Assembly: GCA_002633005.1 (NCBI GenBank)
Contig: NMRA01000248.1
Coordinates: forward strand, 496,274 to 560,273
Direction of reading: 5' to 3'
Length of the DNA: 64,000 bases
Origin: Phoronis australis
Taxonomy: Eukaryota > Animalia > Phoronida
Under the pieces are notes generated by a model that was not told where the DNA came from, made no database searches, and saw only the letters and a list, made by a program, of their open reading frames with translations. The translations under genes and the position numbers were made by a program. This document shows positions 1 through 12,800 of this stretch, one piece after another (the first letter of the stretch is position 1; each line of letters starts with the position of its first letter).

Positions 1-1510
1 GGGGGGGTGCTCAAGTGTTCCGACGATCCCCCATTTCAGGTTAATGTTCCGCTTGGTGCAGAAAAGTTGTCATTTCAAAAGGACTTGAATTTTCAAGCAT
101 TAATGCAGGCAATGTTTTGCCTTGCGACGCACCGAATAAATTCTAGCTTTTAATTAGTCATTCAGTAGGTCTGCTTGATTTCGACTCACCGTGACATCGC
201 ATGTAGTGTGCACACGGTGAACTGTCATGTTGTCTTCGTTTTGCATTTTCCGAAGCACACGTCTACGCGGAGGCTTTCATTTGACGGTGATGAATCGTAT
301 CAAAAGCGCCTTGTCGTATTCCAACAATCGCGCAATCATAATCTCATTCTATTTTCGACCTGGAGTTCTGTATAACCTGACAATCCAACCTTTCCGTTTA
401 CAAAGCTGGCTACGGGCATGGGCCCCATTGTAGGTTACGGCAAAGTCTGCGCAACTTTTCAAGCGCTATTCTGTGGAAGTGAGAGGATTCAATGCCTTCC
501 CTGAAAAATGAAAAATCGCTTTTCCGCTACCAATATTGCTCATTCCCACACCTCCATTCAGTCTTTGACCACGTTATTCGGCCAGTGCAAATTTACAGAA
601 AGCTAAATATCAAGGTATATGTAATTCGGTGGAGTGTCCTGTCTAATACAAGTCTCATGTCGTGTATAACGAGACTTGTATAAAATGGTAAGGTATATGG
701 AAAAACCGCAATTTCGAATATGATCAGAGTCAATAAGGACTAATGGAAATCTCGGATTAAAAAAACTGACTGAGTATGGGGGTGTACTCGTAAATAGAAC
801 ATCTTTGATCTGGTTTTAAACGATGTGTGGGAATTGTTGGCGCTGGCACGTGAACAGATTTTGAAGAAAATGCAAATCTTGTAGGCTTAGAAGCTTTCGC
901 GTCCACACTAAGGTAAACTACTAGTGTCTGCCTGCTGGCGTTGGATCATTTCAACGATGGAAGGGAAACGATGATGCAGTATCTCAGAGATTTATTCACA
1001 AAAATTGGCCGTTTTTGCAATATTCTACAAATGTCTAGCTAAATACCTTATCTTCATTCTCGGTAACTTCAAATACGAAATATATAACGTGTAACGAGAA
1101 AAAAGAGTTCGTAGAACCACCTTAATTGGAACCGCACAACCCGCGCGTGGATATTTGTTTACTACTTATCCGAGTTCAAAGGTTACAGATCGGTCCTATC
1201 TACCTTGTGTAGTTCCCACAATTCTATGTCTTTTCATTTACTAAGTCGCCATCATAACTGAGTCAACGAGGTGTGCACAACATGGAAAGATTCCGAGGAA
1301 AACGACATGACGTAGTTTTGATCCTGATCGAGTGAGTTGCGCGTCTGCGTACTAATATGAAAAATGCACTGAGTCGCCACAAGGCGTCTGGCACTTTGTT
1401 TTCACTAACACAACAAGTTGTGAAAATGATAAATCCTCATCCAAACGCACTCATTTCATAGGTTATCCAACGTTCCGCTGTTTCGATCTCGTGCCCATAA
1501 CACGCTGAAG

Positions 1511-1585
1511 CATGGGCGGCGCAGCACTGAAAAAAGTGGGGGGTGGGGGCGTAAGCCCCCCAACCCCTTATATGGTGTGCCGTGC
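1511..1585. mobile_element. Partial copy of the same MITE family
   Basis: CATGGGCGGCGCAGCACTGAAAA (23 bp) is identical to the reverse complement of 30127-30149. Confidence 0.6.
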
Positions 1586-4022
1586 AGACTCCCCTGCGTG
1601 TGGTTCCTATATATTGTGTACCACAATGCATTGATGGCCTACTTACGTTAAATTCTCTGACCCATCCTCGTCCCCAAGCCTCAAGATGGACCTGATCGGC
1701 TTAGCTATTCGAGGCTTGGTTATGGGAAATGAAACGTGTCAAAATTCTGACACACTTTTACGGAAATCGCCTGAATATCCCGAATGATATCAAGTCTTAT
1801 CAACTTTGAAATTTTCTTCAGTATGAATGATGAAATAACAAGGTAATTGTGTGTATAGGTTATACTGACCAAAACATGCTTCCATCGACTTAATTTAAAC
1901 TTTAGAACAGGAGCTCTCAAAACGGCTCAGTGGATTTCGCCGAAACTTTCAACTCATTTATTATTTATAAATCAATCTCAAAAACTCTTTAGGATTTTCG
2001 TTTTAAACACCTACTTTTTGCTACCGTAAGATATAGGAATATGACTGCAATTTGTTTTTACAAAAATAACTTATTTTTACGAGTTAGAAACCAAACTAAT
2101 TGAGTAATCGAAAATTCCTAACAACGTTTTTAAGGTAAAAATTTCATTTAAAATGAACTTCATTAAAATCGACCGAGGGATTATTTTGCTATGAATGCTG
2201 GATTCTTAAAAATGAAAGTTTGACTAAACAGCTGGTACCGCAATAATGATTATGACACAAGTATAAAACATACTTTTATAATACCTAAACACTTTTCTTC
2301 CAGAAAAGGTATACTTGACTGGTTTTTCAATACATAGGTTAGAATGGAGATGACCTTATTGTCAGCCGCTTTAGCAACAACAGAGAAATCAATACCGAGC
2401 GTTGTCCGATTGTCCCGACAGGTTGCCGTGTGGGTCCGTCGAATGATCTGACGCTCGTGTGCCGGCATCGCTGAAGTGTTACGCAACTTTTCTTTCCACA
2501 AAGTCGCTCCTATCAATCTGGTATAATGTCTATAATTGATGCAGTTTGGCTGTTTGCCAAGATAGCTGACACTAAGAACCCGTATGCTGAGATGCAGATC
2601 TGATTAGTTCATCTGTTGGCAGAAAAGGTAACAGAATTGTTAGAAAATCTATTGTTGAAGTCGCAGGCATGAGGATTTTAGCTAGAGGTCTGGCGGTAGA
2701 CACAAAGTAACCGAAGAGAGGGGCGGGTCTGAACTCATTGGTACCCCGTTCTTGTTTCATGCCTGTTTTAAGCAGTAAAAGCACTTCATAAAACTCCACA
2801 GCTTCACTTCCATGAACGGAGTGGCTATCTTGCGGTGAAGCTAGTATGAAACATCGTCACGGTATTGCTTTATAGATTTGCTAGTCTCTTTTTTTCTCAA
2901 TAAATGAAACTGAATATTCCAGTTAGTGAAACTATTTAAACATTAAAATACACAACCACTCCGACAAGGTATGCGCATACGGGACACCTGTCAACGAGTT
3001 TGTTTGTACAGACTTCGCGAGTATATCGAAGATATGTCTCGACAAACTGGCTAAACTGCACTTGATCTCAAAGCTGACACTAGGTTCATATGAGTAACGA
3101 AAACGCTAGCAGTTTTATTGGCTAAACTGACGCTAACGTTTTAACTGAACAGAGGTCTTTTCGGGCAAGTACTTAGTTCATCTCGTCACCGCCCGTGTCG
3201 CTTGTAAGAGAACTGTGATGTCAAATCTCGTTCACTCCCTAGCACATATTGATCAATGCGACCATAAATGAAGGTCTCTTACACCTGCGCATCAGTAGTT
3301 TTTGAAGTGAGCGACTTGGCTACAAAAGTGCTAACGAAAACGCCAACAGTTTTGGGATAACCCAAACCTCCAGCAAACCGGTAGCGGAACTGAATTTTGC
3401 GATCGTTCAAAAAACGACAAAATGATATTTCTTCCTTAAGTGACATGTTATTAATGCGACTACCTTGATATTTTTCTATGTTCATTGATTTTGACTGAAC
3501 TGTTCAGTTAGAAATTCTGGCTACCCTGTGTTGATTAATCTTTTAATGTGTCGCTGGAGTTCAACAAAGCGCCATAGTTTAGTTTACGTCTGATAGCGGT
3601 AGCTGTTCCTATGATTATTAGAAGGAACGAAATTCTTCTGTCATACATAGATGGATTTTAATATCTTAAGTACACAGTGTAATCAAATAAACATGGGAGA
3701 ATGAAGGTCAAATTACTGAAAACATTTTCCTCATGTATTAAAGCGGACATACCCCCGCCTTGCCTCAAAAAGTTTGATTCACACCAGTCACTGTGATGAA
3801 GGTGGTCTTTTAAAATTGTTCCTCAGTCTAAATGGAGGTGATTTCAAGTCTTCAAAAGCACTGACAGTCCGTTATTTCTTGAGATCAAGATCTACAAGTT
3901 GACTTGTCCTATCGTGTCACTTATCTACAAGGGACATTTTGAGACCATTTCCCAAAATTAATCGTCTATTAAATCAAAAGTAGCCACTTTGAGATAGTAT
4001 GAGTAAAATGACTTAATATTAA

Positions 4023-5682
4023 AGGAGAATGCCACCCAAAAAACAAGCAATATTGTATCAATTTCGATCGAGTAGTTCTACTCGATAACGGCACGTTCGG
4101 TTGCGTTACGTGACACCTGACGGCAGACGGAAGTGTTGAAATTATCTAATGACGTCAATGGTTTCACACGCAGTCTGTTCAGCAGTTCACAACACGGGTT
4201 ACTGGTGTCAGCTTATCGCTTGAATTTATCGTTTAACACCATTAAATCATCAAACTTCGATGTAAAACCCTTAAAAATACACCGATTTCTTATAAAGACA
4301 TGTTGTTTTATTTCGCTGTTACGAATTTATTGGTATTTGGACACACCGTAGCCTACAAAGTTCGGCAGGCCAATTGACTAAGGTCCGTAGCAAGAGTTTG
4401 GGGCCTGTTCGGAAATAAATTTTAAGTATTCTTCCGTGCAATACATACAGGAGAACCTAGATCTGTGTTGTTTAAACTTGTTATTTTTTGAATTCTAAAC
4501 ACACAAAACGCTTGTTATCCCGGTCAGTGCTCAGTCGGAACCCGATCTGGCCTGTCGCGGCCACCCGGACTGGCGCGAACATAAACCAGCATGAGTTGGA
4601 AACTTAACCTCTATTCACGAAAAGACTATAACAGTGAGCCAAAGAAATAATGTGCACGTAATTATTTATGTGAATTAGCCACGAAACTGAAAATCTACTT
4701 ACTTGTTGGGGGCCGCGAAGTCGGGTTCTCCTTACCAGACCGTCAGGGCAAACGTTGTACAGTAATAATAATAATGTATTTGTATTTCTAAATAAAGATT
4801 CCCCTAACATGTGAACATAGCATATAAAATCGAGTAATTGTTCCACAACAGCTTTCTGTCAGCAAACACTGAATTAGCATGTGCTCACAAAGATCACACG
4901 GCCTCGATGCCCGGTCAATTACCTTTATTGCCGGCATCAAAAGCCGATAACGCAGTGGTTTATTAATTGCTGGCTTCTCAACATTTGCACTCACGAATAC
5001 TGCAAAGGCGTTACAAATTGTGTCTTATGTGGCAGACTTTGTTTCAGTTTTATATAAGCATTGGTTAGGATGAGAATAATTCATTTTGAAACAGAACGCA
5101 GAATAATAAATGTCTACATGGCAACTCACCCGGCGCCAATTCCGAACATTAGTCAAGAGCTCATCCGACGAAGACTTCGCGGGTCGGATCGTTAGGTTTC
5201 ACAGGCTATCAGTTCCAACCGGAATACACTGATCAAGAAATACTACAGAGGCGCCGTGAACATGCACAGGCAACGGAACGTATGGATAGTTCTTTGGTAA
5301 GCCGGAATTCGTCTCTGTCGACGAAATACCGGCCACAGACACGGAGAAGCTTCACGGCCTCATACTTGCAATTTACAGCGTACCTTTCATTCTTCATTAC
5401 CGCGAGCCACTTCCTAAGTATTTCGAGCTCACCAGGAAGTCGACAAAACGATATAACCGCTTTCTTTAGAGCTTCATAGTTCGGATAAGCGGGAATGAAG
5501 CGCCGCAATATAGCGGCATTCACTCTGCAGACGAACCACTGACGTCACTGCGTCGTTTCTCATCTTTCTCACAGGTTAACGCGACACCTCTCAGCAAGGT
5601 GAGGTCGACCGTATAAGAGGCGATGTGGATATAGACCGATTAAGACGGTAAAAAGACTAATTAAATCGGGTGGCATTCTCCT
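4023..5682 (-). mobile_element. Non-autonomous Kolobok-like DNA transposon
   Basis: Perfect 15-bp TIRs AGGAGAATGCCACCC / GGGTGGCATTCTCCT, with TTAA at 4019-4022 and 5683-5686. RR...YY termini with a TTAA TSD fit Kolobok rather than piggyBac; contains a THAP-like relic. Confidence 0.85.
5233..5523 (-). pseudogene. Degenerate THAP zinc-finger fragment of a transposase
   Basis: ISFCRLPGELEILRKWL...LRVCGRYF matches the THAP pattern (F.FP...R..W...VCS.HF), but the N-terminal Cys pair and the His are lost. Confidence 0.65.
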
Positions 5683-6376
5683 TTAAGCATATCGGAGGGT
5701 GATTAAGTAAGGAATTACTAATCCAAAGGAATATCGTACATTTTTCCCTACATCTATGTGCAAGTACCATTGCCTACAGCTTTTTATTTTCATTTCCTTT
5801 TCTTTTCAACTCCCCAGCTTTTAACTGAGGTGTTTTACTAGTTCATAAAGTGGTGAACATACTGTGAAACTCGAGTAAACAAGAAAAGTGAGACACGCAG
5901 CTCCTCAGTAGCGAGGCTACGGACCCAATAGTTTTACCCGCTCACTGAAAGACGTCAGCGGCAAAAACACCCTTTTCTGTTATTATTGCGACACTGAAAG
6001 TGTAAATAACATAGATCCTCGATGCTTAGCCTTCTGCAAGCACGTCATGAAAAGGAAGTTCACGAGCTTAATGTTCTTTGCTTTTTGGCCATTAATATTT
6101 GTCTGGTTCGACGAGCAAAGCGAAATGTGACAGTAATTTTGACTTGGGCAAGAAACAACAAAATGTATGTGTAGTTAATGTGCAACAGATAGCGACATTT
6201 AAACATCATGTCATCGGTACGTTATTTCCGCCTTTCTGGTGCTTCAGTTAGCATAACTACGGTAAGTTTTCTAGAATTCACAAATCCAACTTCATGTCTA
6301 ATACAATTCTCGAAACGTACATATGTACCAAAGCGTTACGTATTAAATTTTATCTGATACGATTCCAGAATCTACC

Positions 6377-6828
6377 ATGGGCCGCCGGAGCGAAGAAAAC
6401 GAGGAAAATGGAAATAAGTGTCTATCATGGTTGAAACGGAACGCCATCCTGATCGCGCTTGTCATTAGCATGTGCGCCGGCGTTGGGTTAGGTCTTGGAT
6501 TACGCGAACTGGACCCTCCTATGGATAAGAAGTCCATCGTGTACTTGGGATTTCCCGGAGATCTTTTACTGCGCATGCTGAAGATGCTCATCCTTCCTCT
6601 TATTATATCGAGCATGATCACAGGTGTCGCTGCTCTTGGTAAAACTTCCGGTCGAATGGGAGGCATTGCGGTGTTGTACTATATGTCCACTACGTTGTTG
6701 GCGGTCATTCTGGGCATAATTCTAGTAGTGGCGATAGGGCCAGGAAATCTCGAAGACGTAGACAATATCGAGAAGAAAGGCGAGGCGCAGATTGTATCAG
6801 TAGCCGACTCCATCCTTGACTTAATAAG
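6377..6828 (+). CDS. SLC1 transporter coding exon 1 (N-terminus, TM1-TM3)
   Basis: accATGG start; translates MGRRSEE...DSILDLIR; AG|GTAGT donor, phase 2. Confidence 0.95.
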
Positions 6829-9800
6829 GTAGTGTGTCAGGAATTGACCTAGTTAATTAAAGTTTCAGATTTTGTTTAATTTATCTTATTAAATAAGACG
6901 AAAATTTTATGATTTGCTAATGCTATGGAGTGATGGAACTGAACACGATGCACGTGCCAGTGTGTAATGTTGGCGGACTTTTTCCAGAATGATGTTTCCT
7001 GACAACCTGGTCACAGCATGCTTCCAACAGGTAAGGCAGAAAAGAAACTCTACGTTATCTGAAAGGTCATTGTCCGAAGGATCATTGGTTGCAGTGTCCT
7101 AGTATAAAGCAGAATCTGATTTGTTTTAGATTTTTAAAGTTTTTCAGACTTGGGAATTTAATCTTCAGGGCAGCTGTTAGTCTAATAGTCCTGCATAATT
7201 TTGCAGTTTGAATCTAACAACACTCCTTCGCATTGATGGTCCTTCGGACTCTCTTTTTCAGCATTTATTCAAAAGATACATGGAATAATTCGAAGTTTCA
7301 GACTTGACGAATTGTTAGTGAAAATTTCCACATAAAAGACTAAAGGTGATTGCTATTTTTGTGACTAGCAGCACTGCGTCGACCGGTCACTTTTTGTAGA
7401 TGGAGTGTGCGAGGCATACTCTCAGTTTGTTCTAAGTCATTAAGATACATCCCGCTTCGTTAGCCCTCTAATCATATTCTGCGATTGAAAAAGTCTATTT
7501 ACTGAGCTAAATGCACTGGAAAGAGTTTTCACAACGATGCAGAATAGACGGCTTTGGTTTACATTTTAGCAAAAGACAAAACAGGAATACGTGTTAGTGA
7601 ACGACACAAAGAACGACTCAATCGGTAAGTGAAGGACACTTGGTGTGGCTGAAATCGAAATACATGTTCAGGGGCTCGTTCACTTGCGATAGACATTGGT
7701 GGGACACTTGTGTCGTGAAATCTGGGCTTTTAGAACGAAATAGTGAGAGCACATTATCTCCCACAATTCATCATTCCAGCCTCGCTGACCAATCACTCAT
7801 TCGGCCGTTTTGCAGTATACACTAGAAAAGTCTTCGACATTAGTAAGGCCGCGCCTTACTCGCTAGCTTTTCACAAATGTTATTTTTTGGATTTGTGTGT
7901 AAACCATCACTTTTGCATTTTTACAAAGAAGCTGACGCAATGACTTTCTAAAACCGCTGTGTGGTGGTGGCGTGTTACAACTATTATTAAAATCTCTTGG
8001 TCTATTTACACCGACCTCCTGTCTATTTACATTGTCACGACGTTTCGGTCGGCCTATTCTTCGGCCATCGTCAGTGTTCCTGCGTTCTTAGAAGAACGAG
8101 CACGGATATGTGGTACACTCATCACGGTGTTATTTTTTGTCTTTATATCCCTCTAAGTAAATGGATGACTCCGTGGTGTAGTGGTTAAGAAGTTGTGGGT
8201 TCAAATCCTTCCTCGGACAATACATAATAATAAAAATCACACCATGATGAGTGCACCACATATCCATGTTCATTCTTCTAAGAAAGCAGGAATATCTGTC
8301 GATGGCCGGATAACAGACCTACCGAAACGTCGAGAAGAGGTCGGTGTAAATAAACCAAGAGATTTTAATTATAGTAGTAAGCCGACTTAAGCTGTGAAAG
8401 CCGACGTCTTTGCTGGAAAACAAGTGCCAGAGTAATAGTTCATATTTAATTGACGTTCTCCTGGTCCTCAATAACAATACGCAACTAAGTGACGCAGTTG
8501 GCCTAACAATGAGTCTCTCAACTGCTTTTTATGTGCCCACCTATATGTGTCTAGCCGCCCGCCCTTTTGAAGGATTTTATTTTTGTTCTTTCCCGTCCCT
8601 CGCTCTGTCAAACCTTTCGAACGATTGAAAAATGACACAGATGCTTCTGCTGAAAATAACACTCCTGAACTTCTTGCAGGATCTTTATGGAATGTGACAT
8701 GTGTTTTTCTGAGAATGTGACTATGGAGATCAACGGCAATCGCTATGCCCCCCTAGTGGCAACTTTGATTTTCCACGTTTACTCATGCATCTTCAGATTT
8801 CCTTTACAGAATTTCATTAAATCTGACAAATAGGCTTATATTAAAGAGACCAAAACACCTTTATATTTCCGGACGAATTAGATGTATTCTGTGCCAGCTG
8901 ATGGTCATTTTTACTATTATTTCCGGGTCACTTTTTTGTGCGAGTCCGCTGAACTGCCCAAAGTATCATTGGGAAACTTGACAGACGTTTTCCTATTGAC
9001 AGAACAACAACTGGGATTGATGGTCACTCCTTTGTGGTATTTGTTATATCTACATTTGAATCTCCTAAACCCCTTGTAGCGTCTACAAAATTTGACAAGT
9101 GTATCCCTATGAACGCGGCATCAGATTACAATTTCTGGCGGGCGGATCCGACTACCGCTGTGCCTCATAATCTTCAGAGTTCCTGTACAGATATCATGAA
9201 ATTTTGCCGTTTTTATAGACGACGAGGCCTTCCCAATTTAGGACGGGCCACTTAATGACCGTTTGCGGTGCTCCCTTGGACGCATGTCACCGCATTATGT
9301 TACCCTTGTTTCATTCGCGTTCATTGAGCAAACACAGTGACTGAAACATTGCAGTATTAAATTCAGCCATTCTTCGAGTTTTTATATCGCGCAAGTCTTC
9401 GCGAGATAGCGGCATCCTTCACAAGCGAAGCACGTTTTCTCACTAGCTTTCACTTGCTTTGCACAGACATGTCCCGTATCGCCGCGGTGTTAAAGTAATA
9501 AGCGATCGATTGTTGACACGGGGGATTATTATAATGTACCACACCCATATTTGATTTGTTGTCGTTTTGGATCAGTGGGTAATGTATTGCATTAAGTTGC
9601 GTTCAGAAACGCCAGATACTTGCGATAGAAAACAAGATCACGTGACTCGCTTGTAATGTGTGTCTTGCGTCAGTGGTCCCACAAAAACTTGCCTGGTCTC
9701 GCCAAACTCGCAAGATATTAGCTTACAGCCTTCCTCGAACATTTTTTTGTTATCCTGGATATATTGAATCTTTTGTCAACACATGAGAACATTTAAATTT

Positions 9801-12800
9801 CAAACATTGACACGTCAAATGTTATGTGAAGCAACCATTTTACGCCACATTGCGTAACCAGTAGAAAAAGCAAACAAAGGACTGTCAATTGCAGCACCTA
9901 CACTTAAATTTGCCGACAAACCTCAGTAGCAGTATGTATCTGCTCGGGTACCATAGTATATTAATAGGACACCAATATAAGTGGGTCTTAATCATAGTTG
10001 CTTGAATTGATTGAGAATTCTAGCAGCCAACCAATAAGCATTGTCTTCGTCAATTTATGATTCCAGGGTAGTCGGCATCGGATGCTTTTAATATATTTTA
10101 GAATTTGAAATTGATGGTGTTGCCATTCTAGGTTGGCCTTAGGTAGCTGTGCCCAATGCAGCCTCAACTGCGAGTAATTGGTTCTTAACATAGTCTGCAT
10201 CGTGTGGTGATCCAAAATTACCTCTGTATTGTCCGCGTTTCCCACTACTTTCGATTTCAACAGCGCTGGCAACCTCCAGTCTCCTACTGTGTGTAGGAAC
10301 GTTTATTCGAGTGCTCACGTACATTTTTACACATTAAATGTGGTTGCGTGTATTTACGTATCTAGGAATATAACCAGTCATGTGACATGTCAGCAGGACA
10401 CATGAAGCGAGTTCCGGTTACAGCACTGTGTTCGCGTAAGCTGTGTCATACTGCTAAGACCACACTCAATTGAACAGTTGTCGCACCGTGTGCGGCGACC
10501 CTCACTGACCGCAATCACCGGTCAATGACACTACACAGTTAACTCTTCGTGCTATAAACTCCTTTGAAATAGAAAAACGGAAATGTTTGTACTTAACAAT
10601 GGTAAAATTTTGAAATCCGTAGGCCGCAAGCGTAGAATTACACTAAAGTAGTATTAAACAAAAATGTTTGGTTAATAATACATAAATTCAGTTGAAAGTC
10701 TGCATGTGCATGTTCAAATCACTGATGTACAAAAAGGTGAAAACTTCAAACTTATTTCTGCTTTGCTCTCATTATAGCACCGTCTCAGACGGTGAACATC
10801 ACGGGTTTCAGCGTACAGAAGTCTGACGGAACCAACATCCTTGGCCTTCTTGTCTTCTCCATCGCCTTCGGCCTCGTTCTTGCCAACATGGGGCGTGACA
10901 AGGCCAAGCCACTAGTTGACTTCTTTGATTGTCTCAACGACGCTACTATGAAGCTGATCACGGTAGTCATTTGGTATGTGTTTAGTTCGGTTGGATTCTG
11001 ATAAAACGATTACATTGAGTTGTTTACACTCCGTATAACCGTAGACTATAATGCATGGACCACCGACTCTGTATATTCGTAACTCACAAAATCTGTAATC
11101 GTACGCACAAAGCGCGACCAACACTATTGGCCGAGAAGTCGCTATTCACTAGCGGCGCCTGGTGTGAGTCGTAGTTTTATTTCTAGTAAATAAGTCGTCT
11201 GCTCACAAGCCGGAAAATGACGCCTCTTCTGGGAATTCTATATTAAAATATCTGAATTGAGAATCCGTTGTCTATGGTGTGTGGTCTGATGGAGAACTAG
11301 AATGACCAATAGTCAGAAATACATGCATTTACGATAGAGCCGGTCAAACGAGCGAAAGGTGCACATTTATCAGAAATCGTTATTTTGGTTTTCACAACAT
11401 TGAGGACCTGCCGCGAAAAGGTCGAGTCAGGGGATTGAATCGCTGCGGATGTGTTCCTGAGTAGGCAGATTTGTACAAATTGTTGCAGACCCTGTCTTTT
11501 AAGTCATGAAAAAGAAATAGTTGGATAAGAGAAAATACTACTCGAATACATCGAACTCGAGTGTGAATAAAATCTATCAAAATGACAACATTTGATAAAA
11601 TTATGTGATGTTCCATTGTCTAAGTACGTGTATTGAAAGTGCTTCTTATTACTAAAAATATATACCCCAGTCGCACTTAGAGCCTACCGTTCTTTGTACA
11701 CTTCCGTAGGTATTCTCCCATTGGCGTCATGTTCCTTATCGCCGCCAAGTTGGTTGAAATGGACGACATAGGCAGGTTATTCAAGATGTTGGGTTTGTAC
11801 GCGGCGACTGTGCTGGCTGGACTCGGCATACATGGCCTAATAATTCTACCTTTACTCTACCTGGTACTTGTTCGAAAGAACCCGTTCAAGTACATGTACG
11901 GGGTTCTAGAAGCTCTCGTTACAGCCCTAGGTACAGCGTCGAGGTAGGCGGAAATTTGTCATAAAACGTCTAAGAGTATTGTCGTCAACTTATAAAACTA
12001 CTGGAAGATAGTCCTTCTGTCTCCTCCTGGCGGGGATTATGCTAGGTATTCTAAAAGGATTGTGATTAACTCCAGTGGATTACATCAGTTCTTGTCCATA
12101 ATAGAATCAAAAAAACAGAAACATGTATAGACGAAATGTCAAATTAATACGAATTTTTTCATTTGTGCAGCTATTGTCCGTTTTTTGATTTTAACTCCAC
12201 TGGTTTCATTTCATGGAAAGTGACTGACTGTTACGTCAGAAATGTTTTAAGCGCCACACAAATTTATCTGAACAATCAAATTCAAGCTCGCTACTGATTA
12301 GTGTATATTTTGCCAAGAACTCTATGGCGGGATAGGGGTGTGAAACAAAATTTCTGACTGAAGGCTCAAGTCACTTTTCATGTCATGTGAAACGGCAAGG
12401 TAACGACGTTTCCACTACCAATATGCAACTTTGGCTTCTGGGAACATTAAACGATCACATAATATCACGTGTTATTAATCAAATAATTACAGCTCTGCCA
12501 CACTACCCGTAACGTTCAGATGTCTTGAAGATAACAATCACATCGACCAGCGAGTCACTCGCTTCGTTCTGCCAATAGGGGCCACAATCAACATGGACGG
12601 TACCGCCCTCTATGAGGCAGTGGCAGCCATCTTTATTGCACAGCTTAATGGCTTGGAGCTTGATGTCGGCCAGATTATAACGATCAGGTAGTCTTCTTGT
12701 TGATATTGCNNNNNNNNNNNNNNNNNNNNNNNNNNNNNNNNNNNNNNNNNNNNNNNNNNNNNNNNNNNNNNNNNNNNNNNNNNNNNNNNNNNNNNNNNNN

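Noticed and set aside
5165-5196. CCGACGAAGAC...GTCGGATCGTTAGG, a hammerhead-like motif
   Set aside because: Both catalytic boxes are mutated; cannot be distinguished from chance.
6343-6666. 107-aa minus-strand ORF (likewise + strand ORFs 18418-18846, 35987-36322 and 46298-46783)
   Set aside because: Antisense shadows of real exons with no independent protein features.
9385-9720. Dispersed CTCGC/GCGAG-rich tracts (also near 3010, 16940 and 25080)
   Set aside because: Possibly an old repeat family, but no boundaries, TIRs or alignable units could be established by eye.
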